64,000 bases of DNA from an uncultured Actinomycetota bacterium (GTDB lineage: Bacteria > Actinomycetota > Actinomycetes > JAHEKZ01), in NCBI GenBank assembly GCA_963718235.1, contig CAVQYR010000002.1, positions 525,454 through 589,453 on the forward strand, read 5' to 3'. Within the stretch, counting starts at the first letter, position 1; each line of letters starts with the position of its first letter. This document shows, piece by piece, positions 27,263-36,321 of this stretch. Both the position numbers and the translations under genes were made by a program. Below the pieces are notes generated by a model. That model made no database searches and was not told the origin of the DNA. It was given only the letters and a program-made list of their open reading frames with translations.

Positions 27263-28542
27263 GGTCGCGCTGGTTCGACTCCTCGGCGGGCGCGACGCTC
27301 GTGGTGATCGGCGCGCTCCTGCTCGTGGCCGGTGCGGTGATGTCGACGAGCGTCCAGGGTCTCGTCCAACCGATGATCGCCCTGGCCTTCGGCGGCTTCG
27401 TGGCGGTCGGTGAGCTGATCCGGATCAACCTGCCGGGAGACCGGGTGACCGCTCCGCTGGGCGCGGCGGGTGCTCTGGGCTACGCCCTCCTGGAGAGCTT
27501 CGACGGGGTCCCGACGCAGTACGACGCCATGCAGGTGATCGCCGTGGTTGCGGTGGGCATGCTCGTCGGCACCGTGCCGCACGTGGCGGTGGGCCAGCCT
27601 CCCCGGCTCGAGGCGATGGCCCGCCGGATCCTCACGACGGCCTTCGCCGCGGCCATCTTCCGGCCGCTGTACACCTCCGGTGCCCTCGACGGGCTCGAGA
27701 CGCCGGACTGGCAGCTGCCGGCGTTCATGCTCGTCGTCGTCGCGTGCAGCGGTTTCGTCGACGCCCTGCTCGCGGCACTGATCCGCAGCAGCCGCGAGCG
27801 GCTTCCGTTCCTCGCCGCACTTCGGGACGAGGGGCGCGCCTTCGTGGGGATCGGCTCGGTCATCGGTGCCACCGGCGTCCTGATCGCGCTGGCCGCCGAG
27901 GTCATGGGCTACTGGGCGCTGCCCATCTTCGCGATCCCGCTGCTCATCGCCCAGTTCTCCTTCCGCCGGTACGCAGCGATCCGAGCCACCTACACCCAGA
28001 CGATCCGGGCACTGTCCCGCGTCACCGAGGTGGGTGGGTACACCGAGACCGGGCATGCCCGCCGGGTCAGCCAGCTCGCCCTGGCGGTGGGGCGCGAGAT
28101 GGGGCTGTCGGAGTCTGCCCTGATCGACCTGGAGTACAGCGCCCTCATGCACGACATCGGCCAGCTGTCGTTGTCCGACCCGATCCCCGGCGGAGCGACG
28201 GTCATGGTCGCGCCGGACGAGCAGCGCCGGATCGCCGGCCTGGGTGCCGAGGTCATCCGCAAGACGGGGGTCCTGGACCGGGTCGCGGTGATCGTCGAGT
28301 GCCAGAGCGAGCCCTACCGCCGCCCAGGACAGCCCCTGGACGCCGGGATCCCGCTGGCGAGTCGGATCATCCGGGCGGTCAACGCCTACGACGACCGGGT
28401 CGGCGGGTTGAACGACCTCGAGCACCAGCTTGCCGCGCTCGAGCAGCTGCGGCTGGGCATGGCCTACGACTACGACCCACGGGTCGTGGAGACCCTGAGC
28501 CGGGTCGTGGAGCGCAACTCCCGGCTCGGCGTCCAGCCCTAG
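27259..28542 (+). CDS. paralogous membrane protein with a degenerate HD domain (HD-GYP-like, GYP motif lost)
   Basis: It is 4-nt coupled (ATGA) to the upstream gene and has a similar polytopic N-terminus. The domain has HARRVSQLA...MHDIGQLSL but no GYP motif. Confidence 0.75.
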   Translation: MRSRWFDSSAGATLVVIGALLLVAGAVMSTSVQGLVQPMIALAFGGFVAVGELIRINLPGDRVTAPLGAAGALGYALLESFDGVPTQYDAMQVIAVVAVGMLVGTVPHVAVGQPPRLEAMARRILTTAFAAAIFRPLYTSGALDGLETPDWQLPAFMLVVVACSGFVDALLAALIRSSRERLPFLAALRDEGRAFVGIGSVIGATGVLIALAAEVMGYWALPIFAIPLLIAQFSFRRYAAIRATYTQTIRALSRVTEVGGYTETGHARRVSQLALAVGREMGLSESALIDLEYSALMHDIGQLSLSDPIPGGATVMVAPDEQRRIAGLGAEVIRKTGVLDRVAVIVECQSEPYRRPGQPLDAGIPLASRIIRAVNAYDDRVGGLNDLEHQLAALEQLRLGMAYDYDPRVVETLSRVVERNSRLGVQP

Positions 28543-28617
28543 CCGGCCGGAGGCGACCGCGTCGCGTGCTTGGATGGCGCTGCGTGTGCTGCACGCGACG
28601 AGGCGAAGGGAGCCACG

Positions 28618-28851
28618 GTGGCTGAGCAGGTCCGCGCGGAGATGGTCGCGAACGTCCTGAAGGTCCTGGTGGGTGCCGGCGACCCGGTGGCCGCCGGAGA
28701 CGCCGTGGTGATCCTGGAGTCGATGAAGATGGAGATCCCGGTCCTGGTCGAGCACGCGGGAACCGTGGTGGCGATCGACGTCCAGGAGGGCGACGTGGTC
28801 CAGGAGGGCGACGTCATGGTCGAGGTCGCCGACGCGGTCGCGGCCGGCTGA
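28618..28851 (+). CDS. biotin/lipoyl-attachment domain protein (TB7.3-like biotinylated protein)
   Basis: The GTG start is supported by a GAAGGGAG SD. The sequence VAEQVRAEMVANVLKV...VVILESMKMEIPV has the AMKM-type biotinyl-lysine motif and resembles the small mycobacterial biotinylated protein. Confidence 0.75.
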   Translation: MAEQVRAEMVANVLKVLVGAGDPVAAGDAVVILESMKMEIPVLVEHAGTVVAIDVQEGDVVQEGDVMVEVADAVAAG

Positions 28852-28942
28852 GCCCGGCTGACCCCGGCCGAATCTGACCGCGGACCGCAGCGCGGCAGTC
28901 ATTCGGGTAAAGGTCGACGCCGCAGGCACCGACACATTCCCC

Positions 28943-30118
28943 GTGGAGAGCTCCAGTGAGACCCTCGACGCCATCCGTGCGCCTCTGATCGAGGCCGCCC
29001 TGGACCCGGCGACCGGCAGCGACCTGAGCTCGAGCGCGCCGGTCTCCGTCGAGCCGTTCCTGCGCGCTCTGGTCGACCTCGGCGGCTCCGACCTGCACTG
29101 CAAGACCGGCTCGCCGCCCCGGGTCCGGATCGACGGGCGGCTGCGCAAGCTCCAGGCCCGTACCCTCACCGCCGTCGACACCGAGTTCATGGCCTCTGAG
29201 GTCCTGCGCGACGACCTGATCGAGCAGTTCGCCCACAGCAACGAGGCCGACTTCGCCTACTCGCTGCCGGGCGTGGGCCGGTTCCGGGTCAACGCCTTCC
29301 GGGCCCGTGGGTCGGCCGGACTCGTCTTTCGTCGGGTGTCGGTCGGCGCGATCGAGCTGGAGGACCTGGGGCTGCCCCAGGTCGTCGGTGCCCTGTCGCT
29401 GGAGCCGCGCGGACTGGTGCTGGTCACCGGCCCGACCGGTTCGGGCAAGACGACGACCCTCGCGGGCATGATCGACAACATCAACCAGAACCGCGAGGTC
29501 CACATCGTCACGATCGAGGACCCGATCGAGGTCCTGCACTACGACAAGCTCTCGATGATCAACCAGCGCGAGATCCGGATCGACACCCAGGACTTCGCCA
29601 CCGCGCTGCGGGCCGGCATGCGCCAGGACCCCGACGTCATCCTGGTCGGTGAGATGCGCGACTCCGAGACGGTCAAGGCCGCCCTGGCTGCCGCAGAGAC
29701 CGGCCACTTCGTCATGTCGACCCTGCACACCACTGACGCGGCTGAGACGGTCAACCGAGTCATCGACTTCTTCCCACCCCACGAGCAGAAGCAGATCCGG
29801 CTCACCTTGGCCGAGTCCCTGCGCGGCATCCTGTGTCAGCGCCTCGTCCAGCGAGCCGACGGCTACGGGCGGTGCGTGGCGATGGAGGTGCTCGTCAACA
29901 CCGGCCGGATCGCCGACGCGATCTCCGACCCGGACAAGACGTCGACGATCACCCAGCTCGTGAGCGAGGGCTCGCTACTACGGCATGCAGACGTTCGACC
30001 AGCACCTGGTCTCGCTGATCCGCGACGGCGTCATCACGCTGGAGTCGGCGATGCTCGCCTCGTCGAGCCCGCACGACCTGACCGTCGAGCTGCGTCGTCT
30101 GGGCCTGGTCGCCTAATC
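28943..30118 (+). CDS. pilT: type IV pilus retraction ATPase PilT, apparent frameshift near 29975
   Basis: The Walker A motif is GPTGSGKTT, the Asp box is HIVTIEDPIE, Walker B is DVILVGEMRD, and the His box is VMSTLHT. The listed frame ends in junk (LLRHADVRPAPG...) at 30139. A shifted frame reads the canonical PilT C-terminus YYGMQTFDQHLVSLIRDGVITLESAMLASSSPHDLTVELRRLGLVA and stops near 30118. Confidence 0.7.
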
Positions 30119-30148
30119 TTGAGGTCGCGCCGCTCGTAGGGTGGCGCC

Positions 30149-30532
30149 ATGGGTATCGACGTCGGTCTGACCGCCGGGCTCGTCCACACCGTGGGTGTCG
30201 AGGACACCGCACGCTACGTCGGCAGCGGTGACCTTGACGTACTCGCCACGCCTCGCCTGCTGGCCCTGGCCGAGGCGGCGACAGTGGCCGCCCTCGACGA
30301 GGCGCTGCCGGCCGGTCAGACCTCGGTCGGGACCCGGGTCGAGCTGGAGCACCTCAGGCCCACGCCGGTGGGCGAGACGGTCACCGTGGCAGCCGCGCTG
30401 CAGCACGTCGACGGCCGGCTCCTGCGTTTCGAGGTGGTCGTCACCGACGACGCCGACCAGCTGGTGGGTCGGGCGCAGGTCACCAGAGTCGTCGTCGACC
30501 GCAGCGACTTCCTGGACCGGGCACGGCGCTGA
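30149..30532 (+). CDS. hotdog-fold thioesterase
   Basis: 127 aa with hotdog thioesterase sequence (GETVTVAAALQHVDGRLLRFEVVVTDD). Confidence 0.7.
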   Translation: MGIDVGLTAGLVHTVGVEDTARYVGSGDLDVLATPRLLALAEAATVAALDEALPAGQTSVGTRVELEHLRPTPVGETVTVAAALQHVDGRLLRFEVVVTDDADQLVGRAQVTRVVVDRSDFLDRARR

Positions 30533-30565
30533 GCCGCCCGACGGCTGCCCAGGTGAGCGGATCGG

Positions 30566-30736
30566 TCAGCGGATCGGCAGCCGGCTCCACGCCAGGGCCT
30601 CGTCGCGCCAGTCGCGCGGTGAGCCGGGGGGCCGGGTCGACCGGTCGCGTCGGGTGGTGCGGACCGTGGCCACCAGCGTGGCCAGGACGAGGAGGACGGC
30701 CACGAGCAGCCAGAACGAGGTCAGCGAGAGGGTCAT
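30566..30736 (-). CDS. 56-aa hydrophobic small ORF, weak
   Basis: The ORF MTLSLTSFWLLVAVLLVLATLVATVRTTRRDRS... has one predicted TM helix. It has no clear SD and overlaps the candidate glxA leader. It is not in the ORF track. Confidence 0.2.
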   Translation of the reverse strand: MTLSLTSFWLLVAVLLVLATLVATVRTTRRDRSTRPPGSPRDWRDEALAWSRLPIR

Positions 30737-30763
30737 GGCAGTAACTGTGTCATCGCTGACTTG

Positions 30764-30829
30764 CTGCCACCAGTGGCAGTTTTGCCCGCTTTCGCATTAT
30801 TCCTGCCATTTCCTGCCTTTTCCTGCCAT
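30764..30829 (+). promoter_or_regulatory. inverted repeat CTGCCAC-N2-GTGGCAG followed by three 10-bp-phased TTCCTGCC repeats upstream of the GlxA-family regulator gene
   Basis: ctgccaccagtggcag lies at 30764-30779. ttcctgccat/ttcctgcctt/ttcctgccat lie at 30800-30829, each exactly 10 nt apart. They are immediately 5' of the proposed GTG start at 30840. Confidence 0.45.
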
Positions 30830-30839
30830 ACTGCGTCCC

Positions 30840-31784
30840 GTGCTGCATGACGTGGTCGTCGTGGCCCTCCCGGGCGTGGCCCCCTTCGAGCTGGGCGTCG
30901 TGTGCGAGGTCTTCGGGATCGACCGGTCCGACCAGGGGCTCCCGGACTTCGACTTCGCCGTGGTTGCCGCCGAACCCGGCCCCGTGACGACCTCGGTCGG
31001 TCTCGACCTCGTGGTCACCGAAGGACTCGACCGGGCGGAGTCGGCCGACCTGATCTGCGTCCCGGCCGCCGACCACGAGCGGCCGGTCCCCCCTGCGGTG
31101 CTGAACCTGCTTCGGCGTGCGGTCGAGCGGGGAGCCCGGGTGCTGAGCGTGTGCAGCGGGGCCTACGTGCTGGCCGAGGCGGGGATCCTGGACGGTCGCC
31201 GCTGCACGACGCACTGGTACCACCTGAGCGACTTCGTCCGGCGGTATCCACAGCTGGACACCGTGTGCGACGTGCTCTACGTCGAGGACGGCCCGGTGGT
31301 GACCAGCGCGGGCACGGCCTCGGGGATCGACGCCTGCCTGCACATCGTCCGCCAGGAGCTCGGCGCCGAGGCGGCCAACGGCATCGCCCGGCGGATGGTC
31401 GTGTCGCCTCACCGCGAAGGTGGGCAGGCCCAGTTCATCGAGACGCCGGTTCCGGAGGTCGCTGCCGACACCCTCGCGCCGGTCCTGGCCTGGTTGCAGG
31501 CGCATCTGGACGACGACGTCACGATCGACGAGCTGGCCGCCCGAGCCCACCTGTCACCGCGCACGTTCGCCCGCCGCTTCCGGGCCGAGACCGGCACCAC
31601 GCCGCACCACTGGCTGATCCAGCAGCGGCTGGGGCGGGCCGAGCTGCTGCTGGAGTCGACCGACGAGCCCGTCGAGCGGGTGGCCGTGCTGTCCGGGTTC
31701 GGCTCGGCGACGGCCCTGCGGCACCACTTCACCCGCCGTCGCGGGACCTCACCGCAGTCCTACCGGCGTTCGTTCAGACGCTAG
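30840..31784 (+). CDS. GlxA-family transcriptional regulator (DJ-1/PfpI domain plus AraC-type HTH)
   Basis: It has a DJ-1/PfpI region (VVVALPGVAPFELGVVCEVFG...VLSVCSGAYVLAEAG). The C-terminal AraC HTH is DELAARAHLSPRTFARRFRAETGTTPHHW. I assign the GTG start at about 30840. The listed ORF runs further upstream through a repeat-containing leader. Confidence 0.7.
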   Translation: MLHDVVVVALPGVAPFELGVVCEVFGIDRSDQGLPDFDFAVVAAEPGPVTTSVGLDLVVTEGLDRAESADLICVPAADHERPVPPAVLNLLRRAVERGARVLSVCSGAYVLAEAGILDGRRCTTHWYHLSDFVRRYPQLDTVCDVLYVEDGPVVTSAGTASGIDACLHIVRQELGAEAANGIARRMVVSPHREGGQAQFIETPVPEVAADTLAPVLAWLQAHLDDDVTIDELAARAHLSPRTFARRFRAETGTTPHHWLIQQRLGRAELLLESTDEPVERVAVLSGFGSATALRHHFTRRRGTSPQSYRRSFRR

Positions 31785-32371
31785 GGGCCGGGCCGGCTCT
31801 GAGGCTGGGCGTCCGAGCGCACGAGGTCACGCTCGTGCGCCAGCAGCCGCAGGCCGGGCACCGGCTCCCAGTCGCGCTCGGTGGCCCGACGAAAGCCCAG
31901 CCGCCGGTACAGCCGAAGGGCTGCCTCGTTGCCGTCGAGCACCACCAGGACGATCCGACCCACCCCCTCGCCGGCCAGCAGACCGGCGACCTCGCTGACC
32001 AGCCGGTCTGCGACTCCCTGGCCCCAGGCCCTCGGGGAGACGGCGAGCATCCGGATCTCGGCCTCTCCGGGGCGGGCGATCTCCGACCACACCGTCGAGG
32101 TCCGGCACACGGTGACGGTGCCCAGCAGCGTGTCGTCGCGGGGGTCGACCGCGACGAGCAGCTGGGCCTCCTCGGCTCGTTTCGCGGCGTCGCGCAGGGC
32201 CTGCACGTACCCGGTGTCACCGTCGGCCAGCGCGCCGCCGGCCTCGTAGGCAGCCAGGGTCAGGGTGCCGACGGCGGTCAGCTCGTCCGGCCGTGCCTCC
32301 CGGACCTGCACGGGAGTGTCTCCGGAGGTGTGCTCGAGAGTGTCCTCGTGGGTGTCGTCGCGCACGGTCAC
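31781..32371 (-). CDS. GNAT family N-acetyltransferase
   Basis: The acetyl-CoA-binding motif is RAWGQGVADRLVSEVAGLLAGEGVGRIVLVV. It is 4-nt coupled to the upstream ThDP enzyme gene. Confidence 0.75.
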   Translation of the reverse strand: MTVRDDTHEDTLEHTSGDTPVQVREARPDELTAVGTLTLAAYEAGGALADGDTGYVQALRDAAKRAEEAQLLVAVDPRDDTLLGTVTVCRTSTVWSEIARPGEAEIRMLAVSPRAWGQGVADRLVSEVAGLLAGEGVGRIVLVVLDGNEAALRLYRRLGFRRATERDWEPVPGLRLLAHERDLVRSDAQPQSRPGP

Positions 32372-34020
32372 ACCCCGGTGGTGCTGCGGGGGTAGGGGAC
32401 CTCGGGGTCGGTGACCACGTTGACCAGGTAGGGCGCGCCGCTGGCGAACGCCCGGTCGAGGGCCGGGCCGATCTGGTCGGGATCGGTCACCGTCTCGCCC
32501 TGGCCACCGAGGGCCCGCACGACGTCGTCGTAGCGGGTCTGCGGCTGCAGGTCGGCGGCGACGTCGTAGCCGTAGAGGAGGCGCATCGGGTGCTTCTCCA
32601 GCCCCCAGGCACCGTTGTTGCCCACGACCATGACGACCGGCAGGCGGTGGCGGACCAGGGTGTCGACGTCCATGAGCGAGAAGCCGGCGGCGCCGTCGCC
32701 GAGCAGCAGCACGACCTGGCTGTCCGGGTGGGCCAGCCGGGCGGCCATTGCGTAGCCCAGGCCGGTGCCCAGGCAGCCGAACGGGCCGGGGTCGAGCCAG
32801 CGCCCGGGCAGCGCAGGCTCGATGAAGCGGCCGGCGAACGAGACGAAGTCGCCGCCGTCGCCGATGACGACGGCGTCGCGGTCGAGCCGAGGGATCAGCT
32901 CGCCGTAGATCCGGGCCGGGTGGATCGGCTGCGCCGGTGAGTGAAGCAGCTCCTGGTCGAGCAGGCGGGCGGCGGTGGTCGCCTCGGCGAGGTCGCCCGC
33001 CCAGGCCGGGTCACGCCCGGGTGACCCCGACCAGGTGCTCGTGAGGTGCTCGAGCATCGGGCTGAGCGGTCCGGCGGCGCTGGCGCCGAGGGTGACGTGC
33101 TGGGCCAGGCGGGCGGGGGAGTCGACCAGGTGGACGACCGTGGCGGGGGGGCCAGCGTCGGGCTCCTTGCCGCCGAAGACCCCGTACCCGAGCCGGAAGT
33201 CGAGCGGGGTTCCGACCACCACGACGAGGTCGGCCCCACCCAGGGCGCGACCGCGGGCGCGGGTCACGAGCAGCGGGTGCTCGGCCGGCAGCACGCCGCG
33301 CCCCATCCCGTTGGCGATGGTCGGGACGCCCAGGGCGTCGACGAACGCCCGGGCCGCGTGCTCGGCGCCGTCCAGCCACACGTCGGAGCCGAGGACGACG
33401 ACCGGCCGGACGGCCCCGGCGAGCAGGCCGGCCACGCGCTCGAGGTCGGCCGGGTCGGCCTCGGGTCTGGGGGTCGGGGTGACCGCGGGGACGGTGACCT
33501 CGGCCCGGGCGAAGAAGTGGTCGATCGCCACATCCAGGAAGACCGGCCCCCGGGGGGCCGAGACGGCCAGCCGCAGGGCCTGGTCGACCTGCTCGGCGAT
33601 CGTGGCCTCGCCGGTGATGGTGGTCGACGCCTTGGTCACGGGTGCGAGCAGCGGGGGGTGGTCCAGCTCCTGCAGGGCGCCGTCGCCCCATCGATAGGCC
33701 GGAGCCCGACCCCCGAGGACGAGCACGGGCGCCCCGTTGAACCAGGCAGTCGTGACGGCGCTCACCGCGTTGGTGACGCCGGGACCGGCAGTGACCGCGG
33801 CCATCGTGGGGCGGCGGGTGAGTCGGGCCAAGGCCTCTGCGGCGAAGACGGCCGTCTGCTCGTGGCGCACGTCGACCAGCAGGACCGCGCCGTCCGTGGC
33901 CACGGCGGCGTCGTACAGGGGGAAGATGTGCGCCCCCGACAAGGTGAAGACGGTGTCGACGCCGTGCGCGCGGGCCGCGGCGAGGGCGAGGGTGCCGCCG
34001 TGCCCTTCGAGCGTGCTCAT
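32368..34020 (-). CDS. thiamine-diphosphate-dependent enzyme (acetolactate synthase large-subunit family)
   Basis: 550 aa. It has the ThDP motif [33 protein letters not shown]. The N-terminal pyrimidine-binding domain is [24 protein letters not shown]. Confidence 0.85.
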   Translation of the reverse strand: MSTLEGHGGTLALAAARAHGVDTVFTLSGAHIFPLYDAAVATDGAVLLVDVRHEQTAVFAAEALARLTRRPTMAAVTAGPGVTNAVSAVTTAWFNGAPVLVLGGRAPAYRWGDGALQELDHPPLLAPVTKASTTITGEATIAEQVDQALRLAVSAPRGPVFLDVAIDHFFARAEVTVPAVTPTPRPEADPADLERVAGLLAGAVRPVVVLGSDVWLDGAEHAARAFVDALGVPTIANGMGRGVLPAEHPLLVTRARGRALGGADLVVVVGTPLDFRLGYGVFGGKEPDAGPPATVVHLVDSPARLAQHVTLGASAAGPLSPMLEHLTSTWSGSPGRDPAWAGDLAEATTAARLLDQELLHSPAQPIHPARIYGELIPRLDRDAVVIGDGGDFVSFAGRFIEPALPGRWLDPGPFGCLGTGLGYAMAARLAHPDSQVVLLLGDGAAGFSLMDVDTLVRHRLPVVMVVGNNGAWGLEKHPMRLLYGYDVAADLQPQTRYDDVVRALGGQGETVTDPDQIGPALDRAFASGAPYLVNVVTDPEVPYPRSTTGV

Positions 34021-34048
34021 CCTCGGGGTCGGGGGCCGGTCACCCCGG

Positions 34049-34297
34049 TCAGGCGCTGGCCCGGGCCCGAGCCGTACGTCGCTTCAGGGCGCGGCGCTCA
34101 TCCTCGCTCAGGCCACCCCAGACGCCGGCGTCCTGTCCGGTCTCGAGGGCCCACTGGAGGCAGGCGTCGACGACCTCGCAACGATGGCAGACCGCGCGTG
34201 CCTCCTCGATCTGCAGCAGGGCGGGGCCAGTGTTGCCGATGGGGAAGAACAGCTCGGGGTCCTCGTCACGGCAGGCGGCACGGTGGCGCCAGTCCAT
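34049..34297 (-). CDS. whiB: WhiB-family [4Fe-4S] transcriptional regulator (WhiB1-like)
   Basis: 82 aa with four Cys (C..C..C..C) and the GVWGG turn motif. Confidence 0.9.
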   Translation of the reverse strand: MDWRHRAACRDEDPELFFPIGNTGPALLQIEEARAVCHRCEVVDACLQWALETGQDAGVWGGLSEDERRALKRRTARARASA

Positions 34298-34362
34298 GCG
34301 GATCCACTCTCCTCGGGCTCGGTGCGAGGCGGCGCCCTCGCGGGACCGGGATGTCCCGGCTT

Positions 34363-34378
34363 GTGAACGCGTTCACGA
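34363..34378. promoter_or_regulatory. CRP/FNR-type site TGTGA-N6-TCACG upstream of whiB
   Basis: tGTGAacgcgtTCACg lies within the perfect 14-bp palindrome GTGAACGCGTTCAC, about 65-80 nt upstream of the whiB start. A degenerate second copy (gagTGCGTTCACgg) lies about 60 nt further upstream. Confidence 0.45.
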
Positions 34379-34542
34379 GGGGTTCCGTTCCGGAGAGGCT
34401 CAGGTCCGGGGAGGCTCGCAGGCGTTCGGGGAGTGCGTTCACGGGGACGCCGGCCCCGGTCGACACGCGACCTCAAGCCTCGCAGACGCGTCCGGGGCGC
34501 ACAAGATGAAATCGGAACCAACTGCCTCCGTCGGTTGTCGGG

Positions 34543-35043
34543 TTGGTCACACGACTCCGGGACGGCCGGACCGGACCCCTCACCCCCGGGCCGCACCGAG
34601 CGAGGCTGGCTACCCTTCGACGCGTGACGGACGAGCCGAGAACCCCTGAGAGCACGGCCTCCTCGCCCCCACAGCTGCGCACCCTGGCCGCCCTGGCCGG
34701 CCTGCAGGGCGTGGCCATGCTCGGCTACGTCGCGGTCGACATCGTCGTCGCGGCGTCGGAGGCGGAGGCCAACTGGGGAGCCGTGGCCTTCACAGCGACC
34801 CTGCTCGGGCTGTGGGGCGCCGGGCTCTTGCTGTGCGCGCGGGGCCTGCTTCGGCTGCGCCGATGGGCGTTCACCCCGGTGGTGTTCACCCAGCTGATCT
34901 TCGGTGCGATCGGCCTGAGCGTGCTCCGGTCGGCGTCGGTCGGCGCCAAGGTGGCCTGGGTCGTGATCCTGGTGCTCGCCGTGGTCGCCCTGGCGCTGGC
35001 CTTCAGCCGTCCGGTCAGGGACGCCGTGACGTCCCCCCGGTAG
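34543..35043 (+). CDS. hypothetical membrane protein (4 TM); start uncertain
   Basis: It has hydrophobic helices from LRTLAALAGLQG onward. A GTG at about 34624 is an alternative start. I recognise no family. Confidence 0.4.
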   Translation: MVTRLRDGRTGPLTPGPHRARLATLRRVTDEPRTPESTASSPPQLRTLAALAGLQGVAMLGYVAVDIVVAASEAEANWGAVAFTATLLGLWGAGLLLCARGLLRLRRWAFTPVVFTQLIFGAIGLSVLRSASVGAKVAWVVILVLAVVALALAFSRPVRDAVTSPR

Positions 35044-35092
35044 CCGGCCATGCGGGGGAGTGGCCCCGCTCGTCGTGCGTCATGATCGTGGG

Positions 35093-35638
35093 ATGTCCCA
35101 GTTCCGGATCCGCAACGCCCGCCCCGATGATGTCGCCGAGATCTTCGCGATGGTCTGCGAGCTGGCCGAGTACGAGAAGGCCCGCCACGAGGTCCAGTCG
35201 AACGAGGCCCTGTTCGCCGAGGCACTCTTCTGCACCGAGCCCGCGGTGTGGTGCTCGATCCTGGAGCACCACCCTGACGACGACGCGGCACCGGACCCCG
35301 GCGGCTGGGAGGTCGCGGGCATGGCGATCTGGTTCCGCAACTTCTTCACCTGGACCGCGAAGCACTCGATCTACCTGGACGACCTGTACGTCCGCGAGCA
35401 GTACCGGGGCCTTGGCTACGGCAAGGCGCTCCTCCAGCACCTCGCGCAGATCTGCGTCGAGCGCGGCTACCCGCGGCTGGACTGGTGGGTGCTGGACTGG
35501 AACCCCGCTGTCGACTTCTACCAGCGGATCGGCGCGATCTCGATGGACGACTGGACGGTGAACCGGCTGACCGGACCGGCGCTGGAACGCCTTGCGTCGG
35601 GCCGTTTCGACGACAGCGGCGACCCGGAAGCGGTCTGA
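35093..35638 (+). CDS. GNAT family N-acetyltransferase (diamine acetyltransferase-like)
   Basis: The GNAT core is LYVREQYRGLGYGKALLQHLAQICVERGY. I take the internal ATG at 35093 as the start. Confidence 0.7.
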   Translation: MSQFRIRNARPDDVAEIFAMVCELAEYEKARHEVQSNEALFAEALFCTEPAVWCSILEHHPDDDAAPDPGGWEVAGMAIWFRNFFTWTAKHSIYLDDLYVREQYRGLGYGKALLQHLAQICVERGYPRLDWWVLDWNPAVDFYQRIGAISMDDWTVNRLTGPALERLASGRFDDSGDPEAV

Positions 35639-35748
35639 ACGACGCTGACGGACCTGAAGCTCGCGATCCGTTGGCCCCCGGCCGGGGACCGGGCACATCG
35701 TGGGCGCGACTGTGTCAACCTGATGGGTCAGTCCAACGACTCTCAGGC

Positions 35749-36321
35749 ATGACGAACTCCGTACCGGAGGACCTGCTCTCCATGGGTGAGTGGCGCACCA
35801 GCAGTGGGCGCGAGGCGGCGGGCTCGGCTGGCGCCGAACTCGTCGACGTGCTGTTCCGGCGGCACTACGCCGCACTCCTGCGCCTCGGAGTGGTCATGCT
35901 GGGAAGTCGCGAGGCGGCAGAGGACGCGGTCCAGGACGCCTTCGTGACCCTGCACCGTCGTCAGTCGTTGTTGCGCGACCCGGATGCCGCCGCGGCGTAC
36001 CTGCGCTCCGCGGTGCTGAATCGCTGTCGGTCCTGGGTGCGACGTCAGGTCACCCAACGCGCTCCAAGGCCGCTGATGCTCGTGCCCGAGCACCAGGAGA
36101 GCGCGGAGGAGACGATCGTGGGTCGCGATGAGGTCGGGTCACTCGTGGCCCTCATGCGCACCTTGGCGCGGCGTCAGCGTGAGGTGCTGGCCTGCCGGTT
36201 CGTGCTGGAGCTGTCCGTCTACGAGACCGCCCAGCTCCTGGAGATCAGCGAGGGGTCGGTCAAGGCCCATACCCATCGCGGACTGCATGCACTTCAACGA
36301 CGGATCGAGGTGACCCGATGA
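35749..36321 (+). CDS. ECF sigma-70 factor
   Basis: Region 2 is AEDAVQDAFVTLHRR. Region 4 is QREVLACRFVLELSVYETAQLLEISEGSVKAHTHRGLHALQRRI. It is 4-nt coupled to the following gene. Confidence 0.8.
   Translation: MTNSVPEDLLSMGEWRTSSGREAAGSAGAELVDVLFRRHYAALLRLGVVMLGSREAAEDAVQDAFVTLHRRQSLLRDPDAAAAYLRSAVLNRCRSWVRRQVTQRAPRPLMLVPEHQESAEETIVGRDEVGSLVALMRTLARRQREVLACRFVLELSVYETAQLLEISEGSVKAHTHRGLHALQRRIEVTR

Noticed and set aside
30800-30829. CRISPR-like repeats (TTCCTGCC x3, the 12-nt repeats at 57251 and the CTGCGGAC x3)
   Set aside because: The repeat units are 8-13 nt with 2-3 copies and no spacers of CRISPR size. They are operator-like or microsatellite repeats, not CRISPR arrays.
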